The notes under the pieces are model-generated. The model made no database searches and was not told the DNA's origin. It saw nothing but the letters and a program-made list of their open reading frames with translations. Of a stretch of DNA of 64,000 bases, positions 11,504-24,688 are shown one piece after another. This stretch comes from Octopus sinensis (lineage: Eukaryota): assembly GCF_006345805.1 (NCBI RefSeq), contig NC_043024.1, positions 13,516,001-13,580,000 of the forward strand, in the 5' to 3' direction. Position 1 is the first letter of the stretch, and each line of letters opens with the position of its first letter. Position numbers and translations under genes: made by a program.

Positions 11504-14149
11504 CTATATATATATATATATACACATATACAGAAAAAGACGAACAGAGAGAGGGAGGAGTAACCGTTCCATATAAGTGAGTATGCATAAGCACATATAA
11601 TATGTATGTAAGATGTATGTATCTCTCTCTATGGATATGCTAATTTTGGCTATCTACCTCTCAATTAATTTTCAATAGATTACAAGTATAAATGATTGGT
11701 AAACTAATGCAAAATACTTCGCGGATGGTGCTGCAGTCGGATTTCGTAACAAAAAGATTATGGGGTGTAAGCATGCTTCCCTGGACATAAACAGGCGCAT
11801 TTTATTCTATACGTGCTCAAATATATATTTCGAGGAAAAAAATAAACACTTGTGACAAAATGATGTTATATATATTTAATATAATTACAGTAGATACACA
11901 TCAGAGTCCTCAACTTCGTTGTCCCATAACACATTAGGTATGTATTATCGCTGTATGTAGATACGTACATATTTTCTACTGTTTTTGAAGAATTCAGAAT
12001 CCAGCGGAAAATTACGTTAATGTTTGTAAAACTTCATGGAAAATTATTGACATCACGTATTTGAAAATACATTGAGTTGGTGTCAAAGGATAAAACGCTG
12101 TGGGGAAAAGAGGTAAACAATTTGGTTGAGAGCAGAGATAATGACGTTGCGAAGTCAATATCGTGATAATGGTTTATGGACTCGCTCAAGATATTTCTTT
12201 TTAAAGTTGTATATTATTTGGTTTCGTAGGGGTTCAGTGATTTAATTCGACAGAGCAACACGATCGACACCGCTTGTTAGATAATAAGCAGCCTTGCTAC
12301 AGTTTTGTGAAAACTGTCGACCTAACAGCTTAAGAAAATAAACTATACGGATAATGCAATCCAAAGTAAATAGAATTCTGAGTAAGTTGAAGAACATGAC
12401 CATCATGAAGGAATGCATTTGATTATATTTCTCCTGAATCAGGGTGGATGGCAGATAGACGTCATCAACAACATGAAATTTCTCTCCGTTAGGTGGGGTA
12501 TTAAGAATCGATGAAAAGGTTAATTTTTAGCAAGTTACAATTAATTTGAATAGATCGATTAAATCATAATTTAAGTAATATCTATTGAACATAATCTAAT
12601 CTAATTAAAGTTTGATAAAATGTAAAGTGGTTCAGAGAATGGTGGTTTGAGCTTGAATCGAAATAGTAGCAAACTTGAATTTGATTTGTTTAACAGAACT
12701 CGTGAGCCAAGTGCAATCTTTGATTTGTCTGCTAGATCAAAAACGATAGAAATGTATTTTTGTTTTTACACAAGACATATAAACCTTCAGAGGCAAAGCT
12801 CCATCTATCACTGGCTTCAGGGTTACTGGAATTGTGATATAAGTAATACAAGTCTCTCGGAATATATTTCGGAATCCCCGGGACTACTGAAAAGCGTATT
12901 TAACCAAGATGTAATTAGCGGAATCGAACCTGCGATATTCGCACAACTGAATACAGAATTGTATTAATATTTTTTAACAAATAATAGTAAATAATAATAA
13001 TTCTTTCTAATTATTCGAACAAGACTAACAATTATGATTTCATCTAAGATAAACATAGCCATGTAGTGTTATTCAAGGAGTTGCCATTACTAGTCTTTGA
13101 AGCGAACACAAGTATAAGGAAATGTCAGAAGAAAGAACATCACCACAAAGCTTAGACCCTGGGAAGAAGCGTTAACTGGGTCTAAATAAGCTTGGGTCAT
13201 AGGCTGTAGACGACACAGACACGAAAGAGAGAAGAAATGGGAACATCAAGAATGGTTCAGTAAGGAGAAAGTTAAATAGAAGATACAAAAATTTATTTCC
13301 AAAACCAGTCGATGGTGTGCACATTACGATAGTTGACATTTAACTACATCCCTAACATTTATCCTTATAGTCTAGGTAAAATACCTATACAGCTAAATAT
13401 TGCAATGAATTTTCTGTATTGGAAATATTTAAACGCCAAACAGAATTAGTAGTCGGAGAGGTCAGGATATAATCGCCTGCAGACTTTATAAAATAAAAAC
13501 TGAAAAAATGATTGGAAATTAGAAATATTAGCGGTAAATTACCAAGTGTTTGGAAGTGAAAATAAAGAAATAAATGAATAAATGTGAAAGCAGGTAAGAA
13601 TTACGGATAGATTATTAAAGGCTAACTGTAGCAAATCTACAAACTTCGTCCAGGTAAATCCGAAATATCTCTTACGTATTAAGGATCCTTATTAGGAAAA
13701 TATTTGAGCACTTTTCTTATTTGGGGGCTAATTCTCATCTATTATTCAATAAAGACGAAAGAGAATTCATAGTCGGAGAGGCCCAGACTACAGACTATAA
13801 AGAATAAAAAACTTTAATGATGTTTCCCGGTTTTGTAACGCATAAAATAAGGCTCTCAGTAAAAGCTTATTCAACTGATGGCGACATAGGTATTTTCAAC
13901 TTTTCTACAGATATTTGAAAAAAAAAACACACTTGCTCTTCTATTATAAATTCTGTCTACATTATGTCTTCTGCAAAACATAGCTTTACAGATACATAAC
14001 CGAAAATTTCCACCATATTCCCATCCTCGGCTTTAAAAGAGATAGGTGATGTTGATGATTCGGCCTTAATCAGATACGACTCCAAGAACCAGTACCCTAT
14101 ATTAAGCTCTGAAAAATATCGCTGCCATGTTTCTAGGGTCACTATGTTG

Positions 14150-14900
14150 CCGCAAGAAACAAGAGGCAGAATTATTCTGATAAAATGGGGAAGGTACAGC
14201 ATATTTTCGAGGAAGTCAATAAACCAATTCAATTATTCCACATAGAGTGCAACATGATATCTACAGAGAAATATATTGAGCTATGCAACAGCAAAGTTTG
14301 GACAGAACTTAAAATTCTCCATCATAAAATTGAAGTCAAATTTTGGAATCGGATATCCAAGCTCCCATGAAATCTGAAAACAACTCCCTCAGAACGGTTG
14401 CAACTGTGTTACTTTATGGGATCCCAGCATGGAAATAAAACGAAAGGTTTAGGAATATGCTGGATGGCACAAACATGTACATGGTTTATGCCACGTTCAA
14501 ATTTGTCTCGTAAAGAACAGCCTATCAATAAGCTTCCAGACGTGGCAAACACGTTTAAGAAAAGAAAACCGCTTTGTTTGACGCTGCTGAAGGTAAAGGA
14601 ATTGCTTAGTGAACCTTACATTGGACATTAAGGAATGCACAAAATATCATTAGATGTTGTGATAAGATGTACGTCAGTCAGCAAACAGAGCAAACTGGAT
14701 GTTATTGAGCACAATTATCAAATAGCACAGCAAATGAAGACAAGCGTAGCCTCAGGATCAGGAGAATCAATAAAGATGTAAACCCGATGATTATAGTAAT
14801 TGTTCAGAATGTTACATAGATTTTTGGTTCTAAAAAATGCAAACATGTGCGCATGGAACAATTCCGTTTTCGAACAGGACCCTGACGCTTTAGTTTGGCA
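14150..14900 (+). pseudogene. Degraded Gypsy-like RT/RNase H relic
   Basis: Ordered fragments 'ELKILHHKI', 'LGICW...WFMPR...PINKL...KVKELLSEPYIGH' and frameshifted 'FRFRT-DPDALVW' (cf. 'FxLRTDHxALxWL'). Confidence 0.45.
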
Positions 14901-14997
14901 AGACCAGGGGAGTTATAGAATCGGAGCTAAAGTGGAATGATTGGAGGCTTCATGATCGATAGCGGATCAATATATTTTAAACGTTGATCATTATGCA

Positions 14998-15040
14998 TAT
15001 ATATATATATGTACATATTATATATAATATATATATAATA

Positions 15041-15078
<38 letters not shown>

Positions 15079-15130
15079 TTATATATATATATATTTATAT
15101 ATTTATATATATATATATTAATATATATAT

Positions 15131-15179
<49 letters not shown>

Positions 15180-15198
15180 TTATAAATTATTATATATA
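14998..15198. repeat. (TA)n microsatellite
   Basis: Direct inspection. Confidence 0.95.
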
Positions 15199-15199
15199 C

Positions 15200-15385
15200 G
15201 AGTTGATAGAATCGTTAGCATGCCATGTATAAATACTTAGCGGTCCTCAGTTGATAATCCGCCGAGGTCGACTTAGCGGTTCATCCACTCGCGGTCGATA
15301 AAATAAGTGCCAGCTGATGACTGGGGATGATGTAATCGGCTTATATTTCTTCCGAAATTGCTGGCCTTGTGCCATAATTTTAATC
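15200..15385 (+). mobile_element. Diverged SINE family A copy
   Basis: agaatcgttagc..ccgccgaggtcgactt..ttcatcc..ggtcgataaaataagt..gatgtaatcg..ggccttgtgcc. Confidence 0.75.
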
Positions 15386-15405
15386 CATTATATATATATA
15401 TATAT

Positions 15406-16064
15406 TGGTGGATTCCTCCTTTTCGCCTTCGGCCCAGTGCGTCCATGCTGCCAACAAAGCACGCGGAATTCTGTTTTGATTCGACGGTCATTCGGAATGC
15501 TCACAGCAGCCATATTCCTACCACTCTATGTCACGCTGGTGAGACCCATATTGGAGTATGGGATTCAAGCCTCTTCTCCTTATCTCCTCAAAGACATACA
15601 GCATCTCGAAAGAGTCCAGAAGCTGGCTACCCGCATGGTTCATGGTCTCAAAAATTTGTCCTACGAAGAAAGGCTGAGGACGCTCGACCTTTATTCTCTT
15701 GAAAAACGCCGCCGCCGTGGTGATCTCATTCTCGCCCACACCATCATAAGCGGAAGTGTAACCTCTCGAAAGAGCTGTTCTTCACTCCTGCTCCAGAGCG
15801 TCGGCTGCGGGGTCATTCCGAAAAGCTCTACCTGCGACGATTTCATCTCAATCGAAGGAGAGGAGCTTTCTCCGTCCGGGTTGCGGATCCGTGGAACAAG
15901 CTGCCAGACGAGATGGTGAAGATGCCGACGACCGCTTTGTTCAAAGCCTCCCTTGACCTCAAGTGGCCTGAACTCTTTACATGAACACCACCCTGTACTT
16001 AACTCCATGTCCCCCTACATGGCCTTGCTATTTGCTTTTGAGCCAAATTAACTAACTAACTAAC
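15406..16064 (+). mobile_element. 5'-truncated CR1-clade LINE (ORF2 C-terminus, short 3' UTR, (TAAC)n tail) inserted in (TA)n
   Basis: Across two frameshifts: LVDSSFSPSAQCVHAANKARGILF-IRRSF...LPLYVTLVRPILEYG...KDIQHLERVQKLATRMVHGLKNLSYEERLRTLDLYSLEKRRRRGDLI...LRGHSEKL...FSVRVADPWNKLP...FKASLD, stop at 15982-15984, tail taactaactaactaac. Confidence 0.93.
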
Positions 16065-16803
16065 ATATATATATAAATGTGTGTGAGTGTGGGGATATTT
16101 GTAAATATCTGTCTGATTCTCTCTCCCTTGGTATACAAACGCACAAACGCACACGTATAGATAGAAAAACAAGCTGGACAACTAAATATATGAGCGAAAG
16201 TACAACGAAACCCATACAAGCCGCATTAAATTTACTTAAAGATCTGCCAGTTGTTGTTGTTGTTGAGCGCTATTTGTCAGAGCCACGTGTATCATTTCAT
16301 TTCTATTATCACTGTGGTAACATTGACTAGTTGCGAGTCTTGAGGCGAAGGTTTTAGAAACTTGAGAATAACAAGCGGTTTGTCTGATGTTTGAAAACAT
16401 CAATAGATTTAGGCATTTGGAGATCAAGAATAAGTGATTAAAGAGTATGATTGATCGATATCTTGCAGTGACGAATCGGAGCTAAATATATGCTTGATAG
16501 GGAATATTCTTCTGAAAGATGCGATATCACATATAAGTGTGACTAAGTCGTAACTGTTTTGTTACAGGTTAATCATCATGCATGTTTTCCCAATTTGACG
16601 AAATTAACGCCGTAATTGTCCAGCTTTAAATCTCTTTGGGTCGGCATTAATTCCTTTTATACTTTCTTTGAAAATATATAGTTTAAAAAGGATTTGCAGT
16701 GTGTCACCGATCTGCGATGAGCGATTGTGTGAATGTTTTTTCCAAAGTTTCTGGGGCGTGAATAAGTGTAAGAATGATTGATAACGAAAACAAGAAGAAA
16801 TGG

Positions 16804-17116
16804 CATTTCACGATCAAATCGCAGTCGTGACGATGTATGGATATATTTTTTTTTTTTTTTTGGCAGAGAAATAAAATACGATGAGGTACAAGAACTGATC
16901 TACTTTTAAGCGCTTCCTGGTCGAATTCAGCCAATGGTGGGAATAATGTATTTTACGTTTTTGTAAAATAGCATGTGACGATCAGATCGCAGTCGAGACG
17001 ATTTGTGGACAATTCTTTTCAGAGAAATAAAATACGATGAGATACAAGAACTGATCTATGTTGAAGCGGTTCCTGGTCGAATTCAGCCAATCCTAGGAAT
17101 AATATATTTTACTTTC
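16804..17116 (+). repeat. Tandem duplication, two units of ~150-165 bp (16804-16960, 16972-17116)
   Basis: Both units contain acgatca.atcgcagtcg.gacgat...cagagaaataaaatacgatgag.tacaagaactgatcta...cctggtcgaattcagccaat..ggaataat. Confidence 0.9.
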
Positions 17117-17277
17117 TGTTGGATCTAGTCCCGGATATATTTGTTTCTATACTAACAGTAGCGGTATCAGTCCCCGTATGTGTTACACATAGACAGATAC
17201 AGGTGTATCAAATACCATACAGTATAAATGGTTGATTAATTAAAGTTATAACTGCCTCTAGATGAAGTGCCACATGG

Positions 17278-17653
17278 CAATCATTTATCAGGACAATCCT
17301 CGACCACTCGCTTCACTAATGACGCTCCAGAAGATGTGGGAACCCGGCTACGAAGTTCTTCACTCAGCATACTCACCAGACCTTTTTACTACGAACTACC
17401 ACTCTTTCAAGCACTTTGATGGTTTCCTGCGAGAGAAGAATTTCAAAAATCAAATGGATGCTGAAAGTGCGTTAAAAGAGCTCATCCGTTCCAGAATTCC
17501 AGATTTTCTATGTTACCGGAATACACAGACTTGTAACTTGTAATGTACTGATACTAATGGCACTTACTTTGATGGAAAAATGTCCGAATAGTTGAAATAT
17601 ATTGCGATGAATTTCAGGCTTCAAAATGCTGCTTACTTTTTACTCAGCCTAAT
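17278..17653 (+). mobile_element. Mariner transposon 3' half (transposase C-terminus plus right TIR), defective
   Basis: QDNPRP...GYEVLHSAYSPDLFTTNYHSFKHFDGFL matches mariner HDNARPH...YSPDLxPxDYHxF. The end aaaatgctgcttacttttttactcagcctaa-TA resembles the reverse complement of an Hsmar1-type TIR (TTAGGTTGGTGCAAAAGTAATTGCGG). Confidence 0.9.
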
Positions 17654-17689
17654 ATACACTTATATACTTTTCAATATATATTTATATAT

Positions 17690-17712
17690 GCATATATACT
17701 TAAATATATATT

Positions 17713-17754
<42 letters not shown>

Positions 17755-17818
17755 CAGCATTTTTTGTATATACCTATATATATGTTTGTGTGTGTGTATC
17801 CATATATATATATATATG

Positions 17819-17897
<79 letters not shown>

Positions 17898-17898
17898 G

Positions 17899-17945
<47 letters not shown>

Positions 17946-18290
17946 ACATAGTAAAAAGTGAAAAAACTCCAGAAGGCTTGTTTTAAAAGGTTAAAATATA
18001 TTTGTGTCATTATGTCTGAAGAATGTTATAAATTTTGTTCATACAATTCAACCACGTGCTTTCACACACCAACTTTCTCACCTATATATATATATATATA
18101 TATATGTATATGTATGTATGTATATATATATACATATATATATATAATATATATATATTATATACATACATATATATATGTTCATATATATATACATATA
18201 TATATATATAATATACTTACAAATATATTTACTTATGTATAAATACATTATACTTACAGACACACACAGACACATACAAACATAAGTACA
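17690..18290. repeat. (TA)n/(GA)n microsatellite cluster
   Basis: Direct inspection. Confidence 0.9.
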
Positions 18291-20309
18291 TATGACGAGA
18301 GAGAGAAAGACGAATGGGATAGGAGGGTAAAGAAGTGCGTGTTGATAATGTAATATATACATTAAGCATATCACACTTCTACAATTGTATCGTCTGAGGT
18401 GGTAAGATCACTTATCAGTCTCCCTTATCGCAGAATACTATCGTATTAATAGCGAACAGAAGATTATACTCTTATATATTTTCGTCTATTACCGACAATT
18501 TTAATGGTATATCATCCTTGCATTGTCATTTCGATATTAAACAAATATTTAAGCACGTTAAACCAATTTAGGTAAAAGTACTTTGAAAGAGAATATAAAA
18601 AACACACATTGCCTCATTGTATCATTTATCGATCTTTTATTGAGCTTTCTCTTGTGAAACACGGCTTTCTGATTAAACTAGTCTACTATTGCAAACGTGA
18701 GAATTCAGTTTCTTTCGTATTTCTATCACCTATTACTCTTTCAATGGCGTCTTATGATTACTGCGAGCAAGGGAGAAGGCAATGCCGAAATATTTACCGT
18801 CTGCTCCGTTTGCTTTCAACCGTTTGTGGGGTTTCATCAGATGATGATTTTAATCTACCATTTACGTAGAGCAACAGCCTCTCTAATACGCTTCCATAAA
18901 ACATATTTCCACCGTATTCACAGGGCTGTAATCGACGTGAGTTTAAGCTCGATAAAACATTTCTGAAGTAACTTCACAGCTTTGACCTATATATATATGT
19001 ATATATAGCCTCACTACCTAGGATGTTTGGAAAACTCATATGTGTTTTGGCTGATGATTACGGGACATTTGGATTTGCTGCAATATTTGCAGCTTTAAAC
19101 AAAACTGTTCTTCGTATGAAACAATTGTACTGAACAACTAATCAATTCTTGTTGCTTTTTTCTTGCTTATATATATATATATATATATGCTTTTTGTATG
19201 TGTATGCGTTTTAGTTTGTGCTAGTTACCCTGTTTACGCTGCATGTCAGTCGTCCATGGTGGTTTGTATACGCCCATGTAACATAGCAGTTCTACCAATG
19301 AAACCGATAAAAAATTACCAGATTTAGAAAATACGTACCGCGGTATATTAACCGACTAAACGCTTCAATGTGGTACCCCAGTATGGCCGCACTCTAAATA
19401 GTGAGACATGTAGAAGATGAAAGATGATGCCATTCAAGTCGTACTCTGCTTTCGATGTAATAAATCTTGGCAACAATAATTTCTGTGACTCATTGCTGTT
19501 TAGACTGTCTGTGTTTACGAAATAAAATCGAAATCTGAGACTAAATATGTGAACGTCTGTCTTCTGTAGATTGTAGTTAAAACATGGGAAAAAGTATTCT
19601 GCAATGCAAAAGTGTCAAACAGCCACGGACCTTTTGTGTGCACGTGGAAATATAACAGAAACGTTGATTGAAATCTTCAATGTAATCTACGAGACATACA
19701 GACAGATTCGTTATCATGATGTATTGAAAGATGTACTAATGAAAACAGAACCATACCCGGTTTGGAAAAAACAAAAAAAAAAAAAAAAGAAAACTGAAAA
19801 GAAAAGATGAAAAAAGATAGCATATACAATGATATACGCGATATATTTGTGAGAAAAAATGAATTGTATCAGATGATAAATATTATGTTTTGTGCGTGTG
19901 ATTTATTGAGTTTATGGAGATGGGAAGTGGTATAAAATTTCAACCACCCACACAGCAAATCAGGAAATTTGTCACGATTAGCCACAAATGATCTTCATCA
20001 CATATCATATCACCATGTAAAAAAAAAATAATAATAATAAACACGCACACACAATCAAAAAAAAATCTATGTGATCACTGCGCAATACTATACGAACACA
20101 ATACTATATTTTCAAGTTAGTAATAGAAGAGAGAGAGAAGAGTGGTTTTGATATAATATAACATTGGTGCAGACAACATAATTTAGTAAAATAGATAGAT
20201 TCGTAATTTTGTGGACTCGGCTTAGATACCAGATAGTAGGTTCTTCTGCCAGAGATTTTGTAGTGAAGCATCGATTCTACTAGGGCAGTGGAACTCAACC
20301 ATTTTCGTA

Positions 20310-20534
20310 GCCGTTCAAGAATTTGGACCTAGAGATCTTCATTTCCAGCGACTTCGAGGGTCACCTCCCAGTGGTGTCAGGCGTCGACGAAGAACCCTCG
20401 ACTACAACAAGGCGACCAAATTATTTTTTTGTCCAAGGTCTGCGGTATCCCGCCCCTAAGCCCTAGACCATCACCTAAACACCCTTACCAGTTTTGTTGC
20501 TTAACAACAACAACAACAACAACAACAACAGCAA
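20310..20534 (+). mobile_element. Short retroposon insertion (~225 bp) with (AAC)n tail and 14 bp target-site duplication
   Basis: caaccattttcgta at 20296-20309 and 20535-20548 flanks a GC-richer body ending in (aac)n. Confidence 0.8.
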
Positions 20535-20837
20535 CAACCATTTTCGTACTATACTCAAGTAGACTCTCATAGCCATTCGATGTTTTAGAAACAATATATT
20601 TTTATAATGAAATATTATAAGGATTGTGAAAAATGATATATTTTGTTGTGTCTGGGGAAGTCATTTTCTTTTTGTGCCTTATTATGTAACACACGCACCG
20701 TTAAAATTTCCACCTTTTTCTTAATTTTCCACTTGTATTGAGTCCTATAATTTATCACTTCATGCAAATCAACACACATACACATTCTCACGCAGACACA
20801 GACACACGCTCACACACACATATGTACACACACAAAG

Positions 20838-20869
<32 letters not shown>

Positions 20870-21903
20870 GTACATGTATATGTACGTACATATATATGTG
20901 TGTGTGTATGGATTTATGTGTGTATTATATAATATTTTGAAGAACACAAAGCTAAATATACAAAATAATGAATACGAAATTATAAAGTTTTAGAGCCTCA
21001 CAGACAAATACATTTTAAGAGAGGAATAATTTTCTTTTCACTACCGTTAGCTAACCGACTGCAGTAAAATATAGAAATATCGAAATTAAATATATAACTA
21101 AAGAAATAACTAGCTGAAGTATTTTGCTCTTTCTCCACATAATTATAACTCAAGTTGAAATAATCGCATAAAAAGGAAAGTGCCAATTGGAAATTTTATA
21201 GCAATATTTCAGTGAAATGCTAAGAGAACGAAAAATGAATATAAAAATGGAGTCGATCGCGGCAAAGCATTGTGGGAATAAAATACCCATCAATTGTTTA
21301 AAATGTCGATTTTGTTGTTTGCAGCAACGTAGTGTCGCTCACAGTCATTCAATGAAGTAATTACAGTATTTGAAATACTATAAATACACATACCAAAATA
21401 GAGAAAAAATTGTCTTTAGGTATTAAACTATTTTGGCAATGGAAGAAGCATGGCGATGATATTCCCACGGTAAAAACCTAAAATTCCTCTCTGTTAATCT
21501 ATTGACAAGTCAGCTTACAATTTCTTAAACAAGCAACCAAAACATACAAAGAAATCCATGTGATTTTAATAAATCTAACAAAATTCCCAGTCGGAATATA
21601 ATCATATTTTCTGAAAGTGAAATTTTGAATGGATGGGTGGATGGGCGGTAACGAGGGTGATGTGTACGTGTGCTGGTGGGTGGGTCTGTGTGTACTAATT
21701 ACTAGTGATTAGTAAATGTATATCTGTTGCTACGTTAATCAGATTGTGTATTCAACATATGTGGCGTTTCAGAGAATTTTCAATTCTTGTAATAATTTTT
21801 AAGATGGCTGTGTGCATTTAGGGGTGAGATTTTCAATGACTGCATAGAATTTTCATCATTCTGTCCGCCCATCAATCGACTAAACTTCGTGTTGTTATAC
21901 CTC

Positions 21904-22422
21904 TCTATATATAAACGGCAGTTTGTCTGTCTGTGTGTCTGTGTGTCTGTCAGGTTGTACCCTCAACCTAACCACGGCTTTCAACCGATTCTGATGAAAC
22001 TTCACACACACATAGCCCAATGTCAGAATTCAAAACTATCGCAGCGAAAATTTTGAAAAGTCTCCCCAGTTCTGAAAATAATCGATAAATTCGACATGGG
22101 GTCGAGAATCTAAGCTTTTTATTTGCAACACATTTTCTGTTGTAGTTTTCGCAACTTGCAATCGATTTTCACCAAACTCATGGTGATGCTTAAGGTTACC
22201 CTAAGAAACTTAATTCTGACATTAGTTTTCCACGCAATACCTTACCATCAGAAAAGATCGATAAAATCATGCCATTTTTGGAAATCGCGTTCAAATTCAA
22301 GATGACATATTTTCCACATTATCATTCACAAATTGGCAGGAATTTTTTTAAAATTCACAGCAAGCATCATGTCTGCTCCAGGGGCTCTTACATACCCGGG
22401 CAATGCCGGGCTATGCTGCTAG
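21904..22422 (+). mobile_element. Non-autonomous Helitron
   Basis: 5' TC-tatatataaa followed by a (gtct)n-like tract; 3' hairpin cccgggcaatgccggg about 8 nt before a terminal CTAG (22419-22422), then T. Confidence 0.85.
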
Positions 22423-23258
22423 TATCAAATAATAATTTTAAAATACTTATCACGTATATAAACTTTGAAATGTTCATATATGTGCCTTTTTTTCATATAA
22501 ACTCTCATATAGTGAAGTGAGCTGGCAGAATACTCAGCATTTCAGACAAAATACTTAGCGGCATTTCTTCATATTTTACGTTTTGAGTCCGTAACATATG
22601 TACTATTTCAGAACTGAGTCTATATGTAAACCCTTTTTACCCCTCTTTCGGCGTTACTGCCATCGTAGAAAGACATCGGAACCAATATTAGCTCGAGGTT
22701 ATAGTAGCAGCTGTCGTTGATCTTATTAAAGTCCAGTTATATGCAAGACTATTTACATTTTGGCCGACATTCTTGCTGATAATTGGAGACATTTAATATG
22801 AAATATATTAGTGTTTTTGCTGATTAGTAACATATGGGCCCTAACGGAAAACAAGCCTGTGATCTACGGCATCACAGGTATAAGTAAACAGTCGGTTTCA
22901 GAAGTAATTATCTGACAGATAATTTAATGCAAAAGAGAATAGATTTAATATTTATTGCAATATAGCATCAATATTCGGCGCTCAGACAATTAGAGAGAAA
23001 GACCGTCATGATAATGTTTTTGTTCGTGTAATGTAGCCCTGGACGAGCCAGGAGCTAAAGAACCTGGTTTCTAGGATGAATAGAAGAAAACCTAGAGTCT
23101 GATTGTTTGTCGCAGATAAAAGAAAATGCGGTCGGATGCTTAAAAATGTAAGCACCATGATTCTTCAGACTCTAGTACCTTATTAGGAAACCTGAAAGAA
23201 TGTCAAAACGTGTTTGTGTTTGTGTGTGTGTGTGTGTGTGCGGGTTTCTGTGTACTAA

Positions 23259-23645
23259 TCTTTATATATAAAAGTGAAGTTGTGTGTCTGTCCCCTACGA
23301 TTTAGATACCTAACTACTCGCACATTTTGCGGTGCAGTTTAACCAAAACCGGGTATTTTATAGTCGTGATTCATATGGAGCCCTTCTGGGTATTAGCGCG
23401 CGTCTACGATGAGTCTACGATTTTTAAAAAAATTACCATCATTTTTTCCATTTTAATGCATTTCTTTCGCTATTATATAAGGGAAGTAACTCTCTAAAAA
23501 TGTCTACGATTAGTCATCGATTTAAAAAAAAAATTACCATAATTTATTTTCCATTTTTAATGCATTTTTTTGCTACTTTTTGGCTATAACTCTCTAAAAA
23601 TGCTTATATAGTTATTTCCCTTACAAACCCGAGCGATATTACTAG
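23259..23645 (+). mobile_element. Non-autonomous Helitron with an internal ~100 bp tandem duplication
   Basis: A|TCtttatatataaaa...CTAG|T termini, no TSD; 3' hairpin partly deleted (cccgagc); internal repeat 23402-23502 / 23502-23602; flanks match the uninterrupted paralogue at 21682-21760. Confidence 0.88.
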
Positions 23646-23990
23646 TTAGTACTAATTAGTAAATATGTATCTGTTGCTACGTTAATCAAACTGTATATTC
23701 AACGCATCTATTCGTGATCCGAATGCCAAAGTTTGAATCGAATAACTTGAAAAATATTGTGTAGGTTCTTGAGTTCGGTTCACGCGGGAAAATATTCTGA
23801 AATAGTTCAAACGTTCTCTTGTTAACTATTAAGTGAGAATCATGAAATAATGCTAAACTAGAAAACAAGATAAATTTTTTAAAATAGAGAAAATAAATGT
23901 TACTAATTATTCATTCGATTGAAAATGTGCATTAGATGGAACTTGAAAATATAAAATTAAAACAAATCACTTAATTTTACGCACACACGT

Positions 23991-24378
23991 GGGAAGGAAG
24001 CATTCCGTCGGTTACGACAACGAGGGTTGCGGTTGATCCGAATCAACGGAACAGCCTGCTCGTGAAATTAACGTGTAAGTGGCTGAGCACTCCACAGACA
24101 CGTGTAACCTTAACGTAGTTCTCGGGGATATTCAACGTGACACAGAGAGTGACAAGGCCGGCCCTTTGAAATACAAGGTACAACAGAAACAGGAAGTAAG
24201 AGTGAGAGAAAGTTGTGGTGAAAGAGTACAGCAGGGATCACCACCATCCATGCCAGAGCCTCGTGTAGCTCTAGGTGTTTTCGCTCAATAAACACTCACA
24301 ACGCCCGGACTGGGAATCGAAACCGCGATCCTATGACCGCGAGTCCGCTGCCCTAACCACTGGGCCATTGCTCCTCCA
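23991..24378 (-). mobile_element. SINE family C (tRNA-like head ggaggcgcaatggcccagtggttagggcagcggactcgcggtc), full length
   Basis: Reverse complement of 29328-29708; clear A box and B box (ggtttcgattccc). Confidence 0.92.
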
Positions 24379-24474
24379 CTATATCCTTGCGAACATTCCG
24401 AAGTCTGACCTTTGGTATACATGTGTACCTGTAGGGCAATGTCGATTTGATGCAGAGTGTAAAGGTCCTTGAAC

Positions 24475-24688
24475 CATGTAGACTCATAAGGGCCAGTTTG
24501 GCGTTTTTCATGGCGTGGACGGGACGCTGGCCCGTAAATAGATAACATATCTTTACCAGCCAAGTGGACGGGAGCAACGTGAAATGATGTGTTTTGCTCA
24601 AAAATAGAATGCGTCACACAGTCCAGGAATTGAAACCACAATCATACGATAATTAGTCCGACACTGCTAACCACTTAGTTACACGCCA
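24475..24688 (-). mobile_element. SINE family D copy
   Basis: ggagcaacgtgaaatga.gtgttttgctcaa..ccaggaattgaaaccacaatc..taaccact. Confidence 0.7.

Noticed and set aside
13450-13815. Short local repeat agtcggagagg...cagact.ta.a.aataaaaact (also the 34307-34340 / 34645-34678 pair)
   Set aside because: Two short diverged copies only; no structural or functional signal
21990-22002. CTGATGAAAC resembling a hammerhead core (also 47292-47301, and 57593-57602 on the minus strand)
   Set aside because: CUGAUGA and GAAA overlap with no stem II and no closing stem I; the 21990 instance is internal Helitron sequence
24079-24295. Recurrent similar ORFs (MFIERKHL..., VTLCVMLNL...) at 24110, 42555, 42610, 60754 and 60803
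   Set aside because: The similarity comes from SINE family C copies, not a gene family
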